Shown here: positions 11,050-23,470 of the stretch, in pieces
Position numbering within the stretch: position 1 is the first letter of the stretch
Layout: each line of letters starts with the position of its first letter
From: Schizochytrium sp. TIO01
Lineage: Eukaryota > Protista > Bigyra: Labyrinthulomycetes
Direction: 5' to 3'
DNA: 64,000 bases
Assembly (NCBI GenBank): GCA_004764695.1
Contig: SMSO01000031.1
Coordinates: 782,436 to 846,435 of the forward strand
Notes under the pieces: model-generated
Seen by the model: the letters and a program-made list of their open reading frames with translations, nothing else
What the model was told of the DNA's origin: nothing
Databases searched by the model: none
Made by a program: the position numbers and the translations under genes

Positions 11050-12360
11050 GCTCTGTGCGAGATATTCTTCATTTTTCAAAAGTTGAATTTTCAACCTGCT
11101 GGCTGAGGTCCATACTCTACAAAGGTTTTCCTTTTTGCTGAAATATAATTTAGTTGGCTAGAGAAGATGAAAGCAAGAAGCTCAAAGAACACTTAGAATG
11201 ACAGAGTCATTTCTAATATGTGGTCAGTAGTACGTATTTAAATTGCAAGAAGAAAAATAGTTACCTATCATGTTTCTTGACGCAAATTCACTGAAATAAC
11301 CTGAGATGTGCTCGCACAACTTAAAGTTTAGAAGATGAGCTTTTCATTCGATTGTATGACCTCAAGGTTTAAGGACCTACAGAGCAACAGAGTTAGACAG
11401 CCAGATGCGTGGTTCTAAATTCAAGACAGCCAAGAACAAAAAAGGAACATACATATTGAATAGAATTAAGTATGAGGAAATTTGAGTTGACAGAGGCAAG
11501 TCAATCTAACCTTTTCAATTATGTCGAATCCAGATTAAGTATGTCGTAGTCTCCTAGCGATAATATGAATATGTCTGCCTTGGAGTTACATCCTAAGGGC
11601 AGGCGATCGCTAACTCTTAACTTGAAAGTTTATCAAGCCTTCCTCACACCTCTTGCCTTCATCGTCATGATCAACCTTTGGTTGAGCAGATTCATCTCTT
11701 AGCATTACCAGCCAAAATCCAAATTGTGCAACACCTGTACGCGGGTCATATTGACAGGATGGTCTGTTTCTTTAGCTCTCAGAGAACATGAGCGGCTGGA
11801 AAAGCAAGCCTGCGGATCAAACCTTTCGCGTTGTATACTTTAAGATGTCAACTAAGAAGAGGTAAGCTATGATGCTACTTTCCTAGTGGACGACTGTCTG
11901 AGAGTCAAGTCTACACTTACTTATTGATCCAACTAGATATTTCATGGCACGCAATTATGACTTTTAACTACCAAGGTCAATCCTAAAACAGGTGAAGCAA
12001 ACGAAATTTCACTTGGGTCGGTTCATGAATTGCAGACAGCACTTACAGGAACATTGAGTATCGCTCCTACAACGGGAAATGACTAGCTGTGAACTTTTCA
12101 GAAGGGTAGTTTACTCGTTCAGAATGAATGACCAAAATCCTTAATGTACCTGTGAAATACACGGTAGCAATATTCCTTGAATAATCTAACTGTACATCGG
12201 TATCAAGAAGGTCCTGCTCGGTCCGGTCTAATAAATCGAGGGCAAGCGTGTATCCAGGAAGTAGTGAGGCATTCTTTTAGGGAGGCGACCTAGTCTCAAC
12301 ATTGCTTGGCCATATGGTATAGCAAATTCCCAGTCATTTTTCGAAAAAAGGGAGTGGGGC
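11050..12360 (+). mobile_element. Decayed Ty1/copia RT - RNase H - polypurine tract (arm B)
   Basis: RT motifs in copia order: KLNFQP (~11079), LYDLKV*GPT (11352-11381), RKFELTEA (11475), KVYQAFL (11625). RNase H motifs follow: SYDATF...KST (11865-11915), ISW (11939-11947), IADSTY..IEY (12029-12061; VA.ST.EAEY). A purine-rich GAAAAAAGGGAG(TGGGG) at ~12343-12359 may be the PPT. Confidence 0.7.
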
Positions 12361-12419
12361 GCAAACTGTTGAAAAATAAAATTAAAATCAAACCTACCTG
12401 TGTGTGGATAACGACAAGT

Positions 12420-13790
12420 ATGTGATTCAATACGGCTTCCAATGAGTATTTCACGAGTAGGATTGAACATTTAATATAGAGCTCAAGCCTTTGTTTGGCT
12501 GGAGCAATCAGCAAAACATTGATGATTTTGCCAAGAATTCTACTACGAAAAGAGAATAAATAAGTAGCTTAGATTCGCAACTACATCAGTAAGTATCAAC
12601 ATGCTGTCACTGTGCGATCGATAGTATGGTATGGAGCGAATCATTAGTAACATCAATATATTCAGCTGTCATAGCGTCTTTAGAGTCAAAAGCTCCATAG
12701 AGCAGATTCATGAAGCGGATTGCAAACATTATGATAGCTGTAAGCTTAGTGTGTGATTGCGATTTCTGTGTACATTGGTTTCTAAATAAGAAAACATGAT
12801 ACTGGTTATGATCTCATGTGTTATGTTATTTGACGAATCTGCGGTTACCAGTATTGCAACTGTTGTTGTATACTGTACATATTGCGATGTTTCACATTAA
12901 GGCACGAAAACTAAGAGCAGATTCTGTAAAGCCTGAACCTGCAGAAACCAAGGCTTCAAAAAAATTAGTGAAAAACAAACGGTCAAATGATGAAGAGTGC
13001 ATAGATTTAAGGGAGGGATTTTTCACCCTAAAAGGCGACAAAGACTTCGCCAAGATAAAACTGCAAAATCAAAAATATTACAGCAACCACATACTTGGAC
13101 GTTTCATGACCTATTATTATGTGTATAGTTTGCAGAGATATAGGAGAGTAAAGAATCTACACATTATGATTTACAGGTCCTATTTAAGTAAGTATATATA
13201 ACAAACGCAGATTGTGTCGAAACCGGTTAAGGCGTGCTTGACATACTCAGCTTCCAAAGTCATTCAAAGACTTTGAAGCTTGTCTCAGTAGATGTCTTCT
13301 TTGCATACAACTTCCTGTACATTTGCTGTCTAGCCTGTATATTACCATAATAACGTAACTACGACAGTAGTTTCGTCGAAGTCTATAGCAATGAAGAAGT
13401 CCTAAGCTTCATTCTGCAAGTTATTACGAGAAATCAACGAGTTGTTAGGGTATCGAAACATATAGCCACCTCTCTGTTCACAGACTAAATTAAGTCTATG
13501 TATGAGTAGTACGGTGGAATATTTCTTTATAGATCTAACGGGGCGGCATGGATTTTCTGCGAACGAAGTGCGATGCAGCTTATTACCCACGGTCTCATGC
13601 TATATCTTTGAATGTAATTTTTGTGTCTCATCTAGTCAATCAGCTAAAGTATCTTGAACATCTGCTATCCGATTCCTTACCAAGATTTATCTTATTACGA
13701 AAATATGAAGGCATACGAAGTTAAAAAAATAAGAGAAGAATTAAGCGAATCTAAAGACAATTTGCAGTCGAAGCTTCGCGAAGATCTCTA
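12420..13790 (+). mobile_element. Decayed Ty1/copia protease - pre-integrase - integrase - SH3 segment
   Basis: Protease-like NTASNEYFTSRIEHL (12429-12473). Pre-integrase HHCC remnants IH/KRIA.H (~12706-12728) and YCTYCDVS (12871-12894). Integrase-core N-part IDL..G (13001) and KYY....GRFMTYYYVYSL (~13073-13132). Then PVYYHN (13334), PTVSCYIFEC (13586-13615; P.VS.LR.FGC) and LSYYENMKAYEV (13687-13722; SH3 LGY.E.SKAYRV). Confidence 0.6.
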
Positions 13791-13799
13791 CTAATTTGC

Positions 13800-14600
13800 A
13801 CTATAATTTATGATACAGATCTCATAGTAGAGCAAATATGGCGTCAGTGCAAGATGACTGTCTCCTCGTTCGTCTATCGTTAGATCATTTTGGAAAGGCC
13901 GACTCTTTGTTTTCGATAATACTTTCGAAGCATAGAGCAAAGAATGGTTTGTCTGAGTCTCTTTTTGTTTTATTTCCTTTCTCGTCTAAGAGTCAGCCAC
14001 ATGCCCGAGAAGCTGCGAGGGCTCGAGTAACCCAGTCCTTATTACTACTTGCTACCTCATTAGAGTATGGTACTACGGTATTACAACAAAGAGGTGGGTC
14101 AGTGTACTTTCAGTTTGAGCACTGTATTCTTTCATGGGGCGGAGTTCTCTTAGCATCTCTGAGAAGTCAGGCAACCGAAAACAGAAGTTTATCTGGCTTC
14201 TTCGGAACGGCATAGAAGCTGCTCGCGTGTTCGCATCGTCTGACTTTCTCTCTGAACTCCACCAGTCAGTGGGTTGCTGTTAGCTTCTAGCTGCCTTCCT
14301 TTGCATTGAAGGTTTCGCAAATTCTTCCAAAACTTTCACGACAACATTATCAATAAGGAGTCGAGCTGACTTGGTGGTAGGCAGTGAGCAGAATAGGCGG
14401 TCAGTCGATGGAGTTGGCAGAAATAAGCATCGAATTCATCAACAACTTTTGTGGAGTTCCTGCCATGGGTTGGATGGGGGCTGGGCTCGGAGCAGAGGAA
14501 GAAGTAAATAGCACCAGGTCTCAGCTAAGAATGCTAGCAAGTGGCATACGTAAAATGTTAAGGAAGCCCAGCTCCCACACATGGGGGAACTAGTGATATA
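13800..14600 (-). mobile_element. Possible decayed copia gag segment
   Basis: A-rich strand bias flips to the minus strand here. Broken protein-like frames (e.g. RLPDFSEMLRELRPMKEYSAQTESTLTHLFVVIP*YHTL; KDWVTRALAASRACG) lie next to the pol relics. No diagnostic motif. Confidence 0.3.
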
Positions 14601-16608
14601 AATGGTATTAGCAACTGTCTTGGCGGAAGAGGCCACAATAAAGAAGGCTAGCACCTGGGTAACTTAATTCTCTCGCTTGTGAGCGTGGATACATAATAAA
14701 AAGGTCAGGACTAGTTATGAAACCATAAAAATAGAAACGAAGAAAAAAGAGAAAAAGCGCAGACGGGGTTGGACCCATTTTTAAAAATTAAAGAAAGTTT
14801 AAAACATTGTAAAAGCGATAATGAAGAAAAGCATTACAACATTTAGTACAATATTTTGTTGAATAATAACTTGTTCACTGACATGCATTCACTGGCCAAG
14901 TGAAAAAGAGTAGAAGGAACACCTCTGAGTTGTGAGAGTGTAGGTCGGGCTTTAAAAAAAAAGTGGTTTTTATTGTTGAAAGTGGATTGTAAATGAAAGA
15001 AAATCGATGAAAGATAAAGATTATAGCTTTTGGCTGTAAACAGTTTCTTTGGAGAGCTGAAGATTGATTGTTACGATGCGAAGCATTCATAACTGAAAAT
15101 AAAAAACAGCGTGATGCGATGAACCCCCCCCCCCAAAAAAAACAAAAACAAAACAAAAGAAGTCGGTCCTTTCACAAGAGAGTGTTTGATCATCCCGCCT
15201 CCCTGAGAGTTTTCATTTCTGGCTCGACGATGAAAAGAAATGATCGTAGTTTGCAAGGACTTTTTGATGCTTGCAAGCAAAACATTGGTTCACAACAAGA
15301 TTTCAAAGACTGTGTTTTGATGGATACGCGAGCAAACTGAAATCGATAGAGTTGGATGTGCTACAACTTAATTCTCATGCTTTTGTTCCTCACACTGATA
15401 TGTGGCGAATGATAATGAAGAATAAGGGCATGGCAAGCATAGCATAGTTCAAGTCAGAATTCAAAGATGCTCGTTCATTGGTTTTAGATGCTACGTTTCC
15501 AGGTGCGCTGAAAGCTAAAGGCTGTGTTTTGCTTGCTTGGACTATTTCCCTTCGCTGAAGCTGTATTTTTTTCCAAAGTTTGTAGCAATTGAAAATAAAA
15601 GTAATAAAAAAGTCAGTGGCTGTCTGAAAAAAAACACAAGCCTCACTAGAGCTAACTGGAGTGTTCAAGTCCAGCCGCTCCAGCATACTCCTAGCAATTT
15701 TGCCCCATCATATCATCAGGCGCAAATGGTGCTACGAGGCATTTCCTGCAAAGAACAGTGTGTGGTGCAGCAACAATCTCCGACGGGCCGCTTCCGTTTA
15801 TCAGCATATGTAGAGTCTCCCTGCAGTAAATTGTATTCCTGTGAAGAGGGAGGGTACTACCCATTTTCATCTGATAAAGAGAATGAAAACCCGAGTGGCA
15901 AGAGGCCAAGCAAACAAAACCAACGTTCATGGAAAATGCATCGAGAAAGCAGAAGACTTCCTCCTCTCTCAGACCAGCGTGATGCCACGAAGTATGAGGT
16001 CCTCAGCACCGCCGGCATTTTGGCCGTGGCCTGAACCTTCCTGCGTCCGGACCCAGTGGACTCCCACGCTTTGCCCTGAACAACCCATCACTACCACCAC
16101 CACCACCAGCAGCAGCTCCTGATCATGGATGGAGCCGCCTCTGGTTTGGCAAGTTTCCTTGAGGTCAGCACGCAGCGTATGCGCCTCCTCCTCCCGTCGA
16201 AGTCTCTCGTCGAAGTCGCAGTCCGCGCTTTCTGTTGGACTCGCACGTCCGTCGTAGCACACTCCCTCCCTCACCCAAAGTAGCACTCTCGCCATTCGCC
16301 CCCGAGCACGCGAGCACGAGCACGAGCATGCGAGCAGCGCCGCCGAGGTTCTTCCTCCTCCCAGGCAGGTCGAGCGAGGTCCAGCGGCAGCGAGGAGTCC
16401 ACTCTCTCGCTCTCTCGCTCGCTCATCTCCATCCGCCAGCGCCGCCGAAAGCTCTGCCTCCGCCCACGCACTCACGGCGCTTCGAGCGACGGTGCTACGT
16501 TCGCGCTCTCAGACAGTCAGTTAGTTCGCAACGCACGAAGGTGCTCGTTCGTTCCTCGCGGTGCAAGTCGCCGAGGCCCAAGCAGGTCCCTCGCTCCCTT
16601 GCGTTGGT

Positions 16609-16681
16609 TCTCTCTCCCTCTCTCTCTCTCTCTCGTGAGCGCGTGAGTGAGTGAGTGAGTGAGTGAGTGAGTTCTCTCTCT
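16609..16681. repeat. Compound (CT)n-(GAGT)n microsatellite
   Basis: Directly visible. Confidence 0.9.
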
Positions 16682-17023
16682 CGAGCGATCGAGCTCCAAG
16701 AAAGCGCCATCGTCACATCGAAGGAACCCGAAGAAAGCTGCTACAGATGCAGCAGCGGCTGCTGCTACAACTTCTGCAGTCCCAGCCAGAGCGACCTTGA
16801 GCCCGAGAGCAGCAGCGGCAGGTGTTCGTTCGCAAAGGGAGAGAGGGAGGCAGGCTGGCTGGATGGTTGTCAGAGCGTGGTCGCCGCGGCGCTGGAGGTC
16901 GCGGCGCTGGAGGTTGCGGAGCTGGGTCGGGATGCGGTGAGGAGCGCGTTCAGCAGTGCTCGAAAGTGCTCGTCGCGGCATTTGTTGCACCTTTTGCGAA
17001 TGTGCTACAATTGCGCTGCCACC

Positions 17024-17187
17024 CATTCATTCATTCATTCATTCATTCATTTGCTTTAAAATTGACTGATGGATTGATGGATTGATTGTTTTATTAATTG
17101 GTTGTTTATTTGATAGATTCATTCATTCATTCATTTGATTTAAAGTTGATTGATTGATTGATTGATTTATTGATTGATAGATAGATA
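17024..17187. repeat. Compound microsatellite: two rounds of (CATT)n followed by (ATTG)n, ending in (GATA)n
   Basis: Directly visible. Confidence 0.9.
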
Positions 17188-19639
17188 CAGCAGATTCATT
17201 GCTCTTTCTTGCCGTCTGAGGCACGAGCCCAGAGCGATCGAGCCAACAAAGAGGAGGTCGTCTTCAGCGCTTCTCAGGGGCCATGAGAGAGGTCGGTCTG
17301 CCGGTCATTGCAGAGCACCAAGTTTTGAGGAATGAATGAATGAATGAATGAATGTGCCATCCATCAAAGCGCAGAGTCGATGCAATGCAGTTTGGAGGAG
17401 GAGGAGGCTGACGAGCAGCAGCAGTAGCACTTTCTTACTTACGGTTGACTGACTGACTGACTGACTGGACTGACTGATTGTGGCTGTTCGGTGTCCGGGA
17501 AGAAAGCAAAGAGAGCAGAGAGTCATAAAAACGAAGGCGACGGCTGTTCTTCCGCTGTTCGAAGTAGTGTCTGTTATACAACAGCGAAAAACGCGGAGAG
17601 GAACTCATTGATGAGATGTCTGTTGTATTTTATTTCATGATTCCAGTGAGGCTCAAGAAAAAAAAGAAAGGAAGGCTAAATGTTAAAACAATTAATTAAA
17701 ATAAAAGTACAGCAGCGCCTGTTTTTCATAACATCACATTAAAACGTCATTCTTTTTATTATTTATTATTTTATTTATAATAAGAAAATATCGTTGTATT
17801 TAAATGAAAAAAAGTCTTTGATTTGAAAGTAAGTTGAAAATGGCAAGATGGAAAACTCGTTTTCCAATTAAAATAAAATAAAATACATTTTAATTCATTA
17901 AAAATGAAGAATAAAAAGAAAAGAAAAGAAAGAGGCTTTAATCATTTTAATTTCTTAAAAAGACAAAATTTCTTAAACTATATATTCGATAAAAAATTAA
18001 AAAATAAAATTAGAATTGTTGATACCGACTAGATATGATTTACTAGTATGATAGTATTTAGCTGGCGAGCGAATGGAGGGCGATACAGCGGCAAGTCCCT
18101 CGAAGAATCTAGATTATCGGATGCCTGGTGTTCTGCAGTTCCTTCCGTCAAGCCATCGGCTTTGACGGTAGGTTTCTACCTGTATAGGTAGGTAGCTAGT
18201 GCAGCAATTTTTTAAAACGTTGCCCGTATGCTCTCTCTTACTCGCTCTCACTTAGGTTCTGTGGTTACCAAACTTAACTTGGATGAAAGATTCAATGCCA
18301 CCTCAAAAAAGGTAGGTCTTCTTTGGATTCTCTCGTATTTCCTATCTCTGGCCACTCTCTTTCTGTGGATGCCAGCAACCTTGGCACCGTGCAACTGTCT
18401 CGCGCGTTAACGCTTGGCGCAAGTTTGCGATCTCGCGGCGTCATCACCACAGCTTAAGCTTGAAGGGTTCAAACTGAACGAGCTTGCCATCTGACCCGGA
18501 GCGCAAGGTCAAGCAAGTCATCTATCTACCTGCCAAGGCCTGAAGAGAACCTCTTCTGGCCTGAAGAATGGATCCTGGCCGTGTTTTCGCAAATGCATAG
18601 AAAGAAGACCGAGAGCTTGGGCGGTCTTGCAGTCAAGTCATTTAAGTGAGTCTTCCGCCGTGGATTTCCTTTTCCAGCATGAATGGCATTGCAGGGGCAT
18701 GGCCAGTAAGTATATAATTGGACCATGAATTGTGAAAGCAATTATAATGAATGTATGAATAAATAATTAAATAAATAAATAAATAAATTATAATTAGACA
18801 AAGACAAGTCAACCTGGGCTTTCAGGATATCACGGCTGTGCAGTGTCTGGTTACCCGGAGCGAGTCTCTTCTAAAAAGCTGGCAAAAAGGCGAGGTGGTA
18901 GGGTCGCACTGTTACTATGGCGAGCACTCGCGAGCGCGAATTCACGGCTTCAGAGGCCCTTTTTTTTCCCCCCTTCTTCTTAGCATTTGTGATTCAGTGG
19001 TTATGGCTCAGTGGAACTTTAGAGGAAAACACAGCGGGACAATCTGCCGTGGGCCGCATCTCGTGATACGAGCAAATCAATGGTAGGGCGACTGCTGCGT
19101 TGAGAAGGGCCAAAGGCCGCGCTTATGTGTATGGTTTCTTGGTGAAAGCTGGAAAGCAAAAAAGGTCTTGAAGTGCCTCCTCCTCTTGCCATGTTGCGAA
19201 CAAGAAGTCAGTCAACATTCTCGTCACCCAGCATGCTGAAAAGGTACGATCGCATCATCTAAATCCTCTCTTGTCAACCCTTCCCCGAGCAACACGATTC
19301 TCTGCTGTTAAAGTTAATTGAAAAGAGTGAATGCAAGTTATTTTATAATTATGCTTGCAAAAGGAAGGTTTGTTTACAAGCGAAATAAGAAATGTCATTG
19401 CTAAGATAAAGGAGACGGTCAGAGCAACGCGTTGAAAAAGTTAAAAGTAGACGACAGCAGAAACTTTGGACAATCGAGACTCAATAACCTACCAGAAAAC
19501 CTCATAAGTTGCAACTTGGGAAAACTGCAGATGTGTATGTGCTACTAACTATATATATAATATTCTTCAAAATTACTTCGGCATAAAGGGAAACTGGATT
19601 AAGAATGATGATTTAAAAAAATTGAGATACTTGAAAGAG

Positions 19640-20200
19640 TAAGCTACTAATCTACAAGAAACTTGACCAATATTATCTCCATTCTAATATTGAATTTCCT
19701 CTTTCCTCTAGATGCGTTTTTAGTTGATTGTCCTGTCCTTTCCAAAAATAACAAGCGCGTAAAATTTTCATATATTATCGCACTAAAGACTAGTATTCTC
19801 CAACTTGATCATTTTTTACCAAACAAGGCAGAGCAGTTCCAGAGAATTCATACATTACCAATTGCATGAAAATTGCGCCAATCAAGTCTTCATTAATGAA
19901 CACCTCTAAAAATATCTTTATATAGTAAGCTGCTCATAAACTCCATCATGCGCACGGTCATCCTTGAACTTATTCCATGCTGTCTCAAAATATTAATTGA
20001 ATTGCAAAATCAAATAAAACACAGGCCCATTAAGATTCATTCTCTTTGCGTGAAGTCTTTTATACTCACGTCCAAATTTATGCCATCAAGAAAAAATAAT
20101 CGATTTGTAAGATTGAAATCCCTGCTAAACCGAGATGGTCTGTTCAAATATTTAATTTTCAAAGCTAATATTTCTGCCAAAACCCCCGAAAACTTTTAAT
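19640..20200 (-). pseudogene. AT-rich decayed ORF with TPR-like helices
   Basis: Minus-strand fragments ILMGLCFI, YFETAWNKFKD, LIGAIF/HAIGNV, ALPCLVK and YMKILRACYFWKGQ resemble the TPR consensus (..LG.CY...G....A..YF.KA). Multiple stops and frameshifts. Confidence 0.3.
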
Positions 20201-22327
20201 AGGAGTAGCAAAGTAAGACAATGTCATGTAAGTAGGCCTCTCATTGTTCCTGCATCACAGGAAAGCATAATTCTAGCTGGCGTGAGGTCCGTTAAGGTTT
20301 TCGCTAATATTGCTCGATTCAAAAATTAAAATTGATTGCCACGGCCGTCGAAAACTGCCAAGTTGCCGTGAATGTATTTTGAAATCTGACAGTTTGTAGT
20401 ATTGGACTACCAATAATAAATTTACGAGCGCAGCGCGAGCGCAGCGCGAGCACGGAAATGTTCTTTTCACGACGAACATTGCAGCTAGAGAACATATGCA
20501 TGGTATGACATTTTATTTATGTAGGGCAAAGAATCGTTCCTCTCGTTGGTCATCGTTCTGTTGTTAAAAAAGAAAACAAAAAAGCCACCTACTTATTCTT
20601 CCACAAAACGAGAGAAGTCAAAACCTATTTTCCAGGGCTAAACAAAGCCTTACACGTCTTCAACGCCATTCTCTTTAAGAGTAGAAATTAATTGCAAAGA
20701 AAACATGTTTATTAATTTCGTTAATTTTGCTTTTTTGCTTTTTGTGATCGATGTATCAACTTATACTCCGAGACTGAAAAGTGTCCTCAACAAAAATACT
20801 TCTCAGTCGCATTTATATCCAAGAAGCGTGGCTACAAACGGAGATGAGTGTGCACTCATGAGACAAAATTAATTAACCCACCTGCAAGCTTGTGCTGGAG
20901 GTTCTATACTTGGGCGCACCTTCGGACAGGAGAGTATATTTTACTTTCATAGTCTTAACAATAGAACTAACTACATATTCTTGTTTCTTCACGGAGTCAT
21001 CTATGCATCGCGGTGTGTGTAAACTAGAGTCGAGCGGGTGCAGCAAAGGTGGGCGTATCATCAAAATCTTGCTACTTATACTTCTTGCGTAACCCATCCT
21101 GCTCACTTGCTTGCCGTGAGCGAGCAAAAGACCTGAGAAGATTCAGCGCTCTTGTCTAGGTGCATACAAAACGTTTGATGAGGTGAAATAGTTTTCCCGA
21201 TTATAGCATTGGTTAGTTTATTTATGTTATATGATATATTGCCGATTCTAAGACTTTCAACATAACCCCCACAACAGGTGGACTAGAGAGAAAAATGATT
21301 AAAATCTGTGTTTTCCTGTTTTAGCCGGGGCAAAGCTGATCCATTGTGCGGACCAGCTACGGCCAATCTTATGTGTGCTGCCCTTTAAATAAAGCAAACG
21401 CGAGCCTCTTTTCACGCAAGCTACATATCCTCGGAGACTAGTTTTGGCTAAGGGGTTTCTCAAAACGCGCAAGGGTAGGTCCTCACCACCTGAAAACAAG
21501 CGTTTGATAGTAGGGTGAACTGTCAAAGTAAACTCTGTTTGTGCTTGCTATCTTGTGAGCGCGAAGCATCACTCTTTGGAGCTCGCTGCCTAAGTCTTCC
21601 ACAACACAAAGAGTGTGCACACCTAACGAATAAACTATGCACACAGCTGCCGGTAAAGCTTTTTTAAATTCTTAGCAAGTTATCGTCCAATGGTGTTAGT
21701 AGCGCAGACTCAAAGTGCTCAGAGTTCTCGACTTTAGGTTATTCAGACTCAAACAATTGCTGCCAGAGGTGCTACATCCAAGATGGTACACAAATAAGTA
21801 GAGCAAGTGTTTATATCCAAAGATGAAGGTTAATTATGCAGTTTCGATTTTTCGCAAGGGTAGTTCAATCATCAGAATCGTGGTACTAGAGTGAGAGTGA
21901 TTTGTGATACCTGCAGAAGACTATGTTTGTTTCTGGCGTCCCTGAGGACCGTACCTAGCTAGAGAGAGCAAGATAACGAGTAATTACTCAGGCTCTTCAC
22001 TACTAAATTAACTATACGGCTATCGCGCGCACGACGCGTGCCGAGAGTTTTCCTCTACTACATGTAGTTTCTTCCCTAATGATGAGGTGAGCGTGGGTGG
22101 CGCTTGGGGTTCCTACACACCATCTTTAGTCCCTTCTGTAATGCTTTGCTTTCTTGAATTTCAACTTCGAAAATGTTGCTTAAGGCTCACAATTTAGGAA
22201 GTGAAGAAACACCAATTAAAGCTTGCGCTTTGGAGGCCGCCAAAGACACTGGAGAGGATAGTTTGAAGCGCCAGCAAGTGCTGTAGAATCTTCTTTATTC
22301 AAGATCATACAGAATTTTGCGGGTTGC

Positions 22328-22358
22328 CTACCTACCTACCTACCTACCTACCCACCTA
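22328..22358. repeat. (CTAC)n microsatellite
   Basis: Directly visible; a related (CCTA/CCAA) tract lies at ~23073-23118. Confidence 0.9.
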
Positions 22359-23421
22359 CACTACATCTCTGTGTAAGAGACAAAAAAGATTTGTCTCTGC
22401 ATCCGTGCTCATAAGCAGGTAATATGCCAGTGCTAGGAGGAGAAGGAAGTTTGGGGTTGCACTTGAAGGAAGGACATCATAGCAGGGATTAATGTTGCTA
22501 GGCATTATCCATTTAAGAGTATATGGAAGACTTGCTTTTTACAAACCTCTTTGTAGCAATAAAAAACAAACTTCTTACTGAGCAACTAGCACAACCTGCA
22601 AGAGACTGGTGCGGCTCCAGCGCTTTCTATATATATATATATATATAATGATACATACGCCTTGAGCCGTAGTGTCCAAGGTGCCTGGACTTGCTTCTCG
22701 CTCTTCTATTCCGAGTTCTGGAGATTACTGTTGCGCTGACCGGAGAGTCTCTCCCGCATAAGATGTTACATCTGCAGCAATACGAATCGTGGTGAAAAGA
22801 GCCTGCTGCTGCAGCTCTTGGCGACCCCACGAAACTGCACGAATGTTTCATCGCTAAGCATTCTTGTTAGTTTCTCTCTCATGTTATTCTAGCACCTTTA
22901 TTTCCAATCAAACAAGTGCTTAGCGTCAATTATCAATCCATCTCATGGAGATTGATCCTGGAAATGTTTCCGTTTGCCGCCCCATTTTATTCTAAACAGC
23001 GAACCCAGCCATACTTTAATTGCTGCTCCAGGGCCATAGGGCTCATAATTTTCCATTCAAGTCCTGCCTGCGCCTACCAACCTACCTACCAACCTACTTA
23101 CCTACCTACCTACCTACCATGCAGGCTCTCGCGTAAACCCTGGCACTACCAAATAAGGCTCCTCTCCTCTTTGAAGCGGTGCGAATCGAGGTCTCTTGCT
23201 TCCGACGCGAGAGACTCGCTGACTTTTGCTGGCGTTCGCTCGCTTCCGCACATACGCTGTTCATCCTCGACGATGCCACGATGCCATCCATGCTGAAGCT
23301 GATGGGGACCTCCATTACATCGCTGCGGCCTTAACCAACTGTAATGCGGGAATCGACAAGAACCGCCAACGCAAGTATTCGGAAGCACAGCGATTACCTA
23401 ATTCAATCTGCGTGCAGTGAG

Positions 23422-23470
23422 TGCAATGCAATGCAATGCAATATTTGCAATGCAATGCAATGCAATGCAA
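23422..23470. repeat. (TGCAA)n pentanucleotide repeat, interrupted once
   Basis: Directly visible. Confidence 0.9.

Noticed and set aside
12228-12470. Minus-strand ORF resembling an integrase end (QAMLRLGRLPK)
   Set aside because: The opposite strand carries a coherent ordered series of RNase H and protease motifs, so the minus-strand resemblance is probably chance.
15969-17085. Cluster of overlapping 130-170 aa ORFs on both strands
   Set aside because: GC-rich, microsatellite-laden sequence with few stops; no domain and no consistent coding frame.
20873-21127. Chromodomain-like QEYVVSSIVK in a short minus ORF
   Set aside because: Lacks the YLVKW.G and W aromatic-cage motifs.
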